DNA of 49,949 bases from Nitrososphaerota archaeon (GCA_003135575.1 PLCG01000110.1:1-49949), one strand, 5' to 3'; numbered from the stretch's first letter, positions 8,694-16,203 are shown. Translations and numbers: made by a program. Notes: a model not told the origin generated them from the letters alone.

Positions 8694-8874
8694 GCCGGGG
8701 TGGCGGAGTCTGGTTAACGCGCGGGCAATTCGCTCCGCTCTGGGTGGAGTGGGTGAATCCGCATCTCGAGATCATCCGACTTGACAGCCCGTGACCTCAC
8801 GGTCATGTGGGTTCAAATCGCGCGGAGGAGGAATACGCTGTGCTCCTCCACGGGTGGAAATCCCACCCCCGGCG
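8694..8874 (+). tRNA. tRNA-Ser (anticodon CGA) interrupted by three introns; predicted mature length 85 nt
   Basis: Acceptor stem GCCGGGG/CCCCGGC with discriminator G. Anticodon stem CGGGC (8722-8726) / GCCCG (8787-8791). Anticodon loop CTCGAGA. Long variable arm TGACCTCACGGTCAT. T arm GTGGG-TTCAAAT-CCCAC. Predicted introns: 8727-8764, 8771-8785 (equivalently 8772-8786) and 8818-8860. Bulge-helix-bulge pairings are given in the findings. Confidence 0.75.
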
Positions 8875-8875
8875 C

Positions 8876-9670
8876 TCAAACCTTGTTGTACTTCGGTCGC
8901 CAGCTTCGGGTCTTGTCTTCAAGCTCCGTGTACTCGAAATCCTGATAGATCAGCGGGAACTTCTCCTTCATGAGCCTGGCGACCTTGTCGAAGACGAATC
9001 TTATCTCGACCTCCGCAGACTCCGCGGTCCGCATGCTGATGACGTGGCGGATGGTCCGATGGTTCGCGCTCCAGACTATCGAGGTGGCCATGCCGTCAGG
9101 CATGATTCTCCTTAAGGCGGAGGTGATCCGCTTCTTCACGTCAAAGTTCAGCTTGTCCCAGCCGTAGGAATTTTCGAGCTCGTGATAGTTGTGCTCTATC
9201 TGCTCGATTATCGATTTCACTTCTTTCTTCTTGTCTTGGAACTCCGGTGGGAGCCAGAAGCGCACGTGCGTCGGCCGGACGTACCTGAGGGACTCTTGGC
9301 TTATCGCGACGCCGACCCTGTGTCGCACCAACTCATGGGTAAACACCCTGCTGACATTGAGGAAGGCGAAAGTGCAGGTCGCGTGCTCGAATATGGAGCC
9401 GTCGCCCTTTGACAGAGTGTTGTCGATGTAGTCACGTGAGCTCTCCCTTATCTTGGTGACGTTCGGGTTAAGGCCCACGCCGAAGCTCTTGTAGCAGATT
9501 CGTCCGGCGACCTCAGTGAGCAGCTCACCTTGTGATTTCGAGGCCTCCTCAGTCCTTGCGAGCCACTTTGTGGCTGTCTCTTGGCCGACCGAGGCCAGCA
9601 TAGTTTTTAGTTGATCGAAATTGATTTTGCTTTCGGCTATCAGATAGACCTGAGGTTCGACGAATTCCAA
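8876..9670 (-). CDS. thyX: FAD-dependent thymidylate synthase ThyX
   Basis: ThyX signature region HELVRHRVGVAISQES, plus SANHRTIRHVISMR. Confidence 0.85.
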   Translation of the reverse strand: MEFVEPQVYLIAESKINFDQLKTMLASVGQETATKWLARTEEASKSQGELLTEVAGRICYKSFGVGLNPNVTKIRESSRDYIDNTLSKGDGSIFEHATCTFAFLNVSRVFTHELVRHRVGVAISQESLRYVRPTHVRFWLPPEFQDKKKEVKSIIEQIEHNYHELENSYGWDKLNFDVKKRITSALRRIMPDGMATSIVWSANHRTIRHVISMRTAESAEVEIRFVFDKVARLMKEKFPLIYQDFEYTELEDKTRSWRPKYNKV

Positions 9671-9869
9671 TTCTATGTTTGTCTCCCTTCCACGTGCTGC
9701 GATTTGACGTTGCTATTTAATTTGCGTGAAGATATTCGGAGAAGGCCTCGTGAAAACGATGTTTGCTAGAGGTTTTCGCAATCCACGGTCCGCCGGCGGA
9801 TGGTGTGGGAGCCAAGTCTCGTTACTCTAAATTAAATATGGGAGTAGTGTGTGTTTGAATTGGAGTAGA

Positions 9870-11210
9870 ATGCCTGTATTCGGCACTGCGGGCGTGAGAG
9901 GGGTGTTCAACTCCACGCAGACTCCCGAGCAGGTACATCAGTTCGTCGAGGCTGCAGCCTTCGTGTTCGGCAAGGGCAGTTACGGGGTAGGGTGGGACGG
10001 GAGGAAGAGCTCCACGGTCCTCTCGCGGGTCGTGGCGGCGTCGGTCGCGGGGTGTGGGAGCGATGCGATTCAGTTCGGTCTGGTTCCTACACCCGTAGTC
10101 GCGTTTGGGACACGTGCGCATAATTGCGAGCTTGGGTTTTCAGTGACGGCGTCACATAACCCTCCTGAGTTCTCAGGAGTGAAGGTCTTCAACAAGAGAG
10201 GGATGGAACTTTCACGGGAAGAAGAGGGACGGATTGAGCGGGGGATGATCGTGGAATCGGTCAAGAGTTCTGCGACGCCTGGGTCAATCAAATCGCGCGA
10301 TGTGCTCGCGCCTTACACAAAGGCCCTGGTTTCTCGTTTCTCCAAGGCAGAGGAGCCTCTGCGGATTGTCGTCGATTGTGCGACAGGCCCAGCGGCGTTG
10401 GTGACGCCGAACTTGTTAACCAGCTTGGGCCACAAGGTGATTCCGCTCAACACGCAAATCTCGTGGCGCTTCTCGGCGAGGCACCCAGAACCTATCGCGG
10501 AGACTCTCGGAGAGACGGCAGCGTTCGTCGGAGGGGTGCAGGCGGATTTGGGGTTCGCCCACGATGGTGATGGCGACAGGTTGGTCTTGATCAACTCTGT
10601 GGGTCGCGTGCTTCCAGACTACGTCACCTCTGTCCTCGCGCTCGAGGCCCTGGGTAAGAGCTCTGGCTCGGTGATCATCTCGGAGAATAGCTCGTTCGCG
10701 GTGGAGGAGGCAGCCGAAGCGATGGGACTGCGTGTCGTCCGCGGAAAAATTGGAAAGACGTTCGCGGAGATTGACAAGGAGGGCGCTGTGCTCGCGACGG
10801 AGCCGAGCAAAATCGTGGACCCGAGTTGGGGTATGTGGGAAGACGGCATCTACTGCGCCGCGTTGATTGCTGATGCGGTTGCTAAAAGGTCTGACTTGCG
10901 GAAGATTCTCAATGGGGAGTTCGAATGGCTCTACAAGCAACTCAATCTACCAGTGTCCCTGGATATCGCTAAGCTCGGGGACCAAATCGACGAGTACTTC
11001 TCGAAATATAGGATCGTGGAGAGACGGTCTGTCGACGGGTTGCGCCTGGTCTTCAAGGACAAGTCGTGGGTGATGTTCAGGCCGTCGGGCACGGAGCCGA
11101 AGACTCGGATATATTGCGAAGCCAAGGACGAACTCAGGCTCTCCGAATTGGTTGAGACCGCAAAAAGCCTGGTAGAGCGCTTGGCCAGGCCCACAATCAA
11201 CTCACGGTGA
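9870..11210 (+). CDS. Phosphohexomutase (phosphoglucosamine / phosphomannomutase family)
   Basis: Active-site TASHNPPEFSGVK, metal site FAHDGDGDR, N-terminus MPVFGTAGVRG. I chose the ATG at 9870 inside the tracked ORF 9849..11210. Confidence 0.85.
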   Translation: MPVFGTAGVRGVFNSTQTPEQVHQFVEAAAFVFGKGSYGVGWDGRKSSTVLSRVVAASVAGCGSDAIQFGLVPTPVVAFGTRAHNCELGFSVTASHNPPEFSGVKVFNKRGMELSREEEGRIERGMIVESVKSSATPGSIKSRDVLAPYTKALVSRFSKAEEPLRIVVDCATGPAALVTPNLLTSLGHKVIPLNTQISWRFSARHPEPIAETLGETAAFVGGVQADLGFAHDGDGDRLVLINSVGRVLPDYVTSVLALEALGKSSGSVIISENSSFAVEEAAEAMGLRVVRGKIGKTFAEIDKEGAVLATEPSKIVDPSWGMWEDGIYCAALIADAVAKRSDLRKILNGEFEWLYKQLNLPVSLDIAKLGDQIDEYFSKYRIVERRSVDGLRLVFKDKSWVMFRPSGTEPKTRIYCEAKDELRLSELVETAKSLVERLARPTINSR

Positions 11211-11217
11211 TTGTGTC

Positions 11218-12705
11218 ATGGCGACGGCAGAGATGGTCATGGCTGTTTCGAGGGCGCTTTCACAGGGTTATCAGATAGATTCGGATGCATTCTCTCTTCT
11301 CTCCGAGTTGTCTAGCAAGGGGGATGTCGAACCGATACTGAAATCGGTCATTCAGAAGAAGGAATCACTGAAGGCGGAGCGTATGATATTAAGATCAGAC
11401 TTCGACGAATTCGTTCCCAGGGACGAGTCGCAGAGCAGGGTCGTTGTCGATTCTGCAGACTTGGTCGCGGATCTCGTGGTGGTTAGCGACCCGACTGACA
11501 GCATCGCGCCCGCTGAAGCGGAAGCTGGCTTCAAGAGACTCTTCCAGGATAGGTATGCGCATCTACTGGAGATAGCACGGCGGCGACCGGACTCGAAGAA
11601 CGTCGTGTCAATCGAGTCAGGGAGGGAGATGAAGGAGAGGGAGTACAAGATTGCCGGGTTGCTGTCTTCGAGAAACAGCAGGAAGGGAGGTGGCGTCGAA
11701 CTGGTGCTGGACGACCCGACCGGGAGCGCCAAGTTGTATTGTGGAGAGAAGGTCGCTGATTCAGCGTTGTCGTTGCCGCTGGATAGCCTAGTCGTGGCGG
11801 AGGTAGCGCTGGGGAAGGGAGGACAACTCTATGCGAGAGAGTTGCTACTGCCTGACATCCCGACAAGGAAGCTCGTAGGCTCGTCGCGCAGGGTGTATGC
11901 GGTCATGTTATCGGATTTGCACATCGGTAGTAAGACGTTCCTCGCGGATGATTTTAGCCGCTTCTTGGCGTGGTTAAACGGAAAGCTTGGCGACCTAGAC
12001 ATCGTCGAGCGCATACGCTATGTCATTGTCGCAGGTGATGTGGTAGACGGTATCGGAGTATATCCCGGTCAAGAGTTCCAGCTCACCGAGAGGAACCTAA
12101 GGCGTCAGTATGTTATGGCGAGGGAGTTTCTCTCGCAAGTCCCCAAGCACATGAAGCTGCTTCTAATTCCAGGCAATCACGATCCCGTGAGACAGGCCCT
12201 TCCTCAGCCGGCCGTATCGATTGATGCTTCGGGACCTCTCTACAGCTTGGAGAATGCCGTCCATCTCGGAGGTCCTACAAACATCAAATTGGACGGCGTG
12301 AATTTCCTAATCTATCACGGCAGAAGTCTGGACGACATCATAGCGACCGTCCCAGACCTGACCTACGACAGGCCTGTGGAGGCGATGGAAGTGTTGCTCA
12401 AGGCCAGGCACCTGGCGCCGACCTATGGAAAGCGGACGGCGCTCTCTCCTGAGCTGAGAGACATGTTGGTGATTGACCCTGTTCCCGACGTTTTCCACGC
12501 GGGGCACGTGCACACGCTCGATGTAGGAAGTTATCGGGGTACGCTGGTCGTGAACTCGGGCACGTTCCAGGGACAGACGCCTTTCCAGGCGAACATGGGA
12601 ATCGATCCGATATCATCCATCGTGCCGATTCTGAACTTGTCGACTCTTGAGGTGATTAAGAGGAATTTCACGAAGATGAGTTTTGGCGAACTACAGCAGG
12701 CCTAG
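11218..12705 (+). CDS. polB: DNA polymerase II (PolD) small subunit DP1
   Basis: 495 aa. Calcineurin-like phosphoesterase motifs (DLHIGS, VAGDVVDG, GNHD, HAGHVH) after an OB-like region. Lies next to cdc6, as in many PolD-bearing archaea. Confidence 0.85.
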   Translation: MATAEMVMAVSRALSQGYQIDSDAFSLLSELSSKGDVEPILKSVIQKKESLKAERMILRSDFDEFVPRDESQSRVVVDSADLVADLVVVSDPTDSIAPAEAEAGFKRLFQDRYAHLLEIARRRPDSKNVVSIESGREMKEREYKIAGLLSSRNSRKGGGVELVLDDPTGSAKLYCGEKVADSALSLPLDSLVVAEVALGKGGQLYARELLLPDIPTRKLVGSSRRVYAVMLSDLHIGSKTFLADDFSRFLAWLNGKLGDLDIVERIRYVIVAGDVVDGIGVYPGQEFQLTERNLRRQYVMAREFLSQVPKHMKLLLIPGNHDPVRQALPQPAVSIDASGPLYSLENAVHLGGPTNIKLDGVNFLIYHGRSLDDIIATVPDLTYDRPVEAMEVLLKARHLAPTYGKRTALSPELRDMLVIDPVPDVFHAGHVHTLDVGSYRGTLVVNSGTFQGQTPFQANMGIDPISSIVPILNLSTLEVIKRNFTKMSFGELQQA

Positions 12706-13884
12706 CAGTTGGGAGTCTTCGGCCATGACCTTGCTTAATGTGCCGGTGTGAATCAGCAACCGGATTCTCTTCGTTCTACCTCTCCTTCCCTTGCTGACGA
12801 CTGCGGCCTCCAAGAGGCCGAGTAGGTCGAGCTCCGCGAGAATGCCGCTTACCCTTCGTTGGGTCAGGGCGTCGATGCCGAACCGTCGCGCAAGGCCTTC
12901 GTAAGCCAAGTAGAGGTCGCCGGTGTTGGTCCCGTTAGAAAACTTGGAAGCGGTTAGGAGGACGAGTTTGTTCTGAATGGGTAGAGAGCGCAGCGCGTCT
13001 TCGACCCGGTTGCTCTCGACCCTCTCAGAGGCCTTCCTTATGCAGTCCTCCGTGACTTCGTGTATGCCCTCTCTTTCTGCTATTTCTCCGGCAACACGGA
13101 GGAGATCCACAGCGCGCCTAGCATCACCGTGTTCAGAGCCAGCCATGGCCGCACAGAGATTGAGCACTGCACTCGGCACAACTCCCGGCTTGAACGCAAT
13201 CTTCTCGCGGGCAGTTAGGATCGCTCGAAGTTCCTCAGTGGTGTATGGTGGGAAGACCAGTTCTTCTTCTCCCAAGCTACTAAGGACCCGTGGGTCAAGT
13301 TCATCCTTGAATTTGAGGTCGTTTGATATTCCAACTATTGTGAAAAAACCAGGTTTGACTTCCTCACCTGCCCTTGTAAACTGGTAGAGGACGTCGTCTC
13401 CGTATGCGCTGACCAGGTAGTCTATCTCGTCCAGAACCAGTATCAGATGGGCCTTGGTGGTGCTGATTGATGTGAAGATTCGGTCTAGGACAGTGCCTAT
13501 CGATAGGCCCGTTCCCGGTATCTTCTTGTCTTCGGGGAGAGGTAAGGACTCGGCGATTTTGGCCAGCGTCCGATACTCCGTGCTCGAGATTCTGGTGTTG
13601 ACATAGCAAGTGACTATCTGTTTCGAGGCATCCTGGGCCTGAAGCCTCTCGACGACGAGTCTGGCTACTGCGGTCTTCCCGGTGCCGGTCTTGCCGTAAA
13701 GCAAGAGGTTGGATGGTTTGGATCCGTGTAGAGCAGGAGCGAGAATCTGCGCCACCTGCCGAATTTGATTCTCCCTGAAAGGGAGCTTCTCAGGAACATA
13801 GTCTGGAGACAGAGCATCCCGGTTCTGGAAAAGAGCTCTGCCTTGCTTGGCTCTCTGGAAAATTTCGTCCAATGAGTCAGGCAT
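12691..13884 (-). CDS. cdc6: Orc1/Cdc6 replication initiator
   Basis: Walker A GKTGTGKT, Walker B LVLDEIDY, C-terminal wHTH. Convergent 15-nt overlap with DP1. Confidence 0.9.
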   Translation of the reverse strand: MPDSLDEIFQRAKQGRALFQNRDALSPDYVPEKLPFRENQIRQVAQILAPALHGSKPSNLLLYGKTGTGKTAVARLVVERLQAQDASKQIVTCYVNTRISSTEYRTLAKIAESLPLPEDKKIPGTGLSIGTVLDRIFTSISTTKAHLILVLDEIDYLVSAYGDDVLYQFTRAGEEVKPGFFTIVGISNDLKFKDELDPRVLSSLGEEELVFPPYTTEELRAILTAREKIAFKPGVVPSAVLNLCAAMAGSEHGDARRAVDLLRVAGEIAEREGIHEVTEDCIRKASERVESNRVEDALRSLPIQNKLVLLTASKFSNGTNTGDLYLAYEGLARRFGIDALTQRRVSGILAELDLLGLLEAAVVSKGRRGRTKRIRLLIHTGTLSKVMAEDSQLLGLL

Positions 13885-13890
13885 TGGTAA

Positions 13891-13901
13891 TCAGTGGAAA
13901 C
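13891..13901 (+). repeat. mini-ORB 1 (TCAGTGGAAAC)
   Basis: 10/12 match to the local core TCCAGTGGAAAC. Starts 7 nt upstream of the cdc6 start codon. Confidence 0.6.
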
Positions 13902-13931
13902 AGTGGTCTAAATAAGGCCCTGCCCCTCCAT

Positions 13932-13943
13932 TTCCAGTGGAAG
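13932..13943 (+). repeat. mini-ORB 2 (TCCAGTGGAAGG)
   Basis: 10/12 match to the core. Confidence 0.6.
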
Positions 13944-13950
13944 GCCGTAA

Positions 13951-14050
13951 GAAGATTTAGAGTAATACAAGGATAATACTATGTAAGAAGATGCTCGCTC
14001 TTGGATGAAATTCTCTCTTATTCTCTTTAATTGACTACTTTGGATGACAA
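13951..14050. other. AT-rich candidate duplex-unwinding element
   Basis: A hand count over 13941-14050 gives about 34% GC, against high-50s % in the flanking genes. Confidence 0.5.
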
Positions 14051-14099
14051 CACGTCTATCAATCACACGAACTTTGAACCTCGACGCTGACCTCAATCC

Positions 14100-14123
14100 T
14101 CCAGTGGAAACGCACGGGTCCCC
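14100..14123 (+). repeat. ORB 3 (TCCAGTGGAAAC gcac GGGTC)
   Basis: Exact core plus a downstream G-string, as in long ORBs. Confidence 0.75.
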
Positions 14124-14130
14124 TCTCCAA

Positions 14131-14358
14131 TGTGAACACCATGTGAAGCCTGACTCGTTCTCCCCATTCCTGCTTTGGACAACCAGCACTACCCAGACTC
14201 AGCTTCGTTCACACAAACCTGGCTTGTTTAGACCCCTTTGTTTCCACTGGAACCACTATTCGGCTAAAGGCCAAGACTTACCTGTGAAGCGGTGTGAAAC
14301 ACCCAAACCATCTCAACATACGGTCAACCTTTGTTTGCAGTCGGTTCACAACTTCACA
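14131..14358. repeat. Cluster of seven TGTGAAS motifs in both orientations
   Basis: Plus-strand copies at 14131-14137, 14142-14148, 14283-14289 and 14293-14299. Minus-strand copies at 14207-14213, 14344-14350 and 14352-14358. Confidence 0.5.
14231..14252 (-). repeat. ORB 4, inverted (rc: TCCAGTGGAAAC aaag GGGTC)
   Basis: Exact core and GGGTC tail in the opposite orientation to ORB1-3. Confidence 0.75.
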
Positions 14359-14400
14359 CCATCCTTGGTTTTAACGTGCCGGCAGACCCTTCACGTCCTC

Positions 14401-14802
14401 TTGCGGAAGAAGGTAAAGGTCGAGATAACTGACGAGGAAGGAACTACATACAGTCTCGCTCTGCAAGGCAAGGTCTCCCATGACAAGGTGATGCGGATGA
14501 TGGAGCTCATCGATCTCTTGGGGCAGGGCGACCACAACCCTGCCGAGTCGAACGTTCCTGACGGATCGACCGCATATGGTAAAATTCTGAAGCTCATCCA
14601 GTCTTCATATTCAGCGAAAGAATTCTCCTCCGCTGACATCGCCCGCGATTATGAAGATTTGCACGATTCACCTATACCACTGAGTACTGTGGCGACCTAC
14701 CTATCGAGACTGGCCGACAGAGGACTCCTCAAACGCCAGAAGTTCGGCAACTCATGGGTGTACCGGCTCGTACACCTATCGAGCAGTCAGCTTGCTACGT
14801 AG
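14401..14802 (+). CDS. Small winged-helix DNA-binding protein; start uncertain
   Basis: The C-terminal FSSADIARDYEDLHDSPIPLSTVATYLSRLADRGLLKRQKFGNSWVYRL is wHTH-like. The tracked ORF 14044..14802 extends across the ORB region, which I regard as non-coding. TTG 14401 is a plausible start. Confidence 0.5.
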   Translation: MRKKVKVEITDEEGTTYSLALQGKVSHDKVMRMMELIDLLGQGDHNPAESNVPDGSTAYGKILKLIQSSYSAKEFSSADIARDYEDLHDSPIPLSTVATYLSRLADRGLLKRQKFGNSWVYRLVHLSSSQLAT

Positions 14803-15341
14803 GACTTACCGCTTTCTGTGATCTCATAGACGTAGGGTTTGTTCCTGTCGTTCCTAATCACCAAACCACGGTCGAAAAGCGCCTTCATCAATCGGGCGGT
14901 GTGCTCCCTTGATCTCCCCACCTCTTCCTTGATTTGAGCGGACGTCCTAGGGCCTTCAGATAGCAGACGCAACACCCTTGTCTCAGTTTCTGTCCCCTCG
15001 GCAACAAGAACCGCGGGCTGCGCTACACGCACAGACTCAAAGGCCTTACTCGTGCTCACAGCTGCATTCGTCACAGCGGCTGGTGAGGATCGGAGCTGTG
15101 ATGTGGGTGACGTAAAACCAAATCGCGAGGAAAGAACCTCGGTCTTCGCCATCAAATCAATGATTCGAGCGTCCACAACAGAGAAACGCGAGCTCACAGA
15201 GTCCCATACATCCTTGGCAAGCCTGGTCGAAACATCTGCTTCCTTTACCAAGCTCCTATATCGCCAGAGCAGAGTACCTAGAATCACAACTGCCGCGGTG
15301 ATGACCGCTGCTGAAGCTGCAAGAACATAATCATCCAACAA
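14787..15341 (-). CDS. Membrane-anchored winged-helix (MarR/TrmB-like) regulator
   Basis: One N-terminal TM helix (AASAAVITAAVVILGTLLW). C-terminal segment RVLRLLSEGPRTSAQIKEEVGRSREHTARLMKALFDRGLV...PYVYEITESG. Confidence 0.6.
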   Translation of the reverse strand: MLDDYVLAASAAVITAAVVILGTLLWRYRSLVKEADVSTRLAKDVWDSVSSRFSVVDARIIDLMAKTEVLSSRFGFTSPTSQLRSSPAAVTNAAVSTSKAFESVRVAQPAVLVAEGTETETRVLRLLSEGPRTSAQIKEEVGRSREHTARLMKALFDRGLVIRNDRNKPYVYEITESGKSYVAS

Positions 15342-15399
15342 TACGCGTCACAATCTGTGTGATGCTACATGATATAAGCTTACATGACGTCATACCAAA

Positions 15400-15762
15400 T
15401 CATGACATCACGATACGTTCAGCGACAGCATTGACCAGTGCTAGAACCTCCGGCATCTTCTCGGGATCCAAGTCAACGGGAATCTTCGAGACCGAAGAGA
15501 TAAGCTTCTGCACATCCTCCGCCTTGATCAATCCGAGTTGCGTAGCAGTAACCACGGTGAAGAGCGACCGCTTTACGTTCCTCTTCGCCTGCGCCAGAAT
15601 CCTGTAATGAGTACCTCTACTAATCCCTGAAATCTTACGTGATTTGAGCGCATCTTCTATATTAATTTCATGTTTATTCACTGCCAGGTGCATTTTTAAG
15701 GTTTGGACCTGCACGCGCGTCAAAGAAGAAAGATCTGCGACTGCCTCCGGAGTCGAATTCAT
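15400..15762 (-). CDS. Small HTH DNA-binding protein (possibly Tfx-like)
   Basis: 120 aa. LTRVQVQTLKMHL...ISGISRGTHYRILAQAKRNVKRSL resembles a LuxR/sigma-70 region 4-type HTH. The family assignment is weak. Confidence 0.5.
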   Translation of the reverse strand: MNSTPEAVADLSSLTRVQVQTLKMHLAVNKHEINIEDALKSRKISGISRGTHYRILAQAKRNVKRSLFTVVTATQLGLIKAEDVQKLISSVSKIPVDLDPEKMPEVLALVNAVAERIVMS

Positions 15763-15773
15763 CAGGATTGCTG

Positions 15774-15791
15774 TAATACAATATTGTATTA
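15774..15791. promoter_or_regulatory. 18-bp perfect palindrome TAATACAATATTGTATTA (candidate operator)
   Basis: Exactly self-complementary. Lies 12 nt upstream of the start of the HTH gene at 15762, in the divergent intergenic region shared with elf1. Confidence 0.5.
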
Positions 15792-15859
15792 AGCATTATT
15801 CGCCTCTTTCTAAACAAAAGCCATTAATCTACCTGAAAACATACATATTTTACCGGTTA

Positions 15860-16201
15860 ATGTCTACTAATCAACAAACTTCACCTTATGAATCACTCTC
15901 GAATCAGAATAACATTTATGCAGGACATGCAGAGCTCATGGATGAGATGGGTAGAAGAAGACGAAAAGTGCTGAGACAGACTCACAAGTCATTACCTAAG
16001 GTATTCAGCTGTCCACGTTGCGGCGTGGTAGCAGTTCGCATCACATCACAGCGTGATGAAGCATCACAAGATTATGTGATGGTTGTTGCGTGCGGGAATG
16101 CTAGCTGCCGGTTACGAAGAGAGTTCAGGTATCCGACCGAGCGCCCTGAGATAGACGTCTACAACAGCTTCGTAGATGAATTCGTGAGAACGGGGGGCTG
16201 A
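15860..16201 (+). CDS. elf1: Transcription elongation factor Elf1 homologue (zinc ribbon)
   Basis: KVFSCPRCG...VVACGNASC...EPEIDVYNSFVDEF matches the Elf1 pattern (CxxC...CxxxxC, then E.IDVY..W.D). I chose the ATG at 15860 inside the tracked ORF 15644..16201. Confidence 0.6.
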   Translation: MSTNQQTSPYESLSNQNNIYAGHAELMDEMGRRRRKVLRQTHKSLPKVFSCPRCGVVAVRITSQRDEASQDYVMVVACGNASCRLRREFRYPTERPEIDVYNSFVDEFVRTGG

Positions 16202-16203
16202 AA

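Larger units (their letters stand above)
13885..14260. other. Predicted replication origin (oriC)
   Basis: Four ORB / mini-ORB elements and an AT-rich block of about 100 bp lie immediately upstream of orc1/cdc6. See the sub-features and the finding. Confidence 0.75.

Noticed and set aside
14044-14400. N-terminal 119 codons of the tracked 252-aa ORF 14044..14802.
   Set aside because: This part runs through ORB3, ORB4 and the TGTGAAS repeats. Its translation is Pro/Ser/His/Thr-rich with no domain character. Only the C-terminal 130 aa or so looks like a protein (wHTH).
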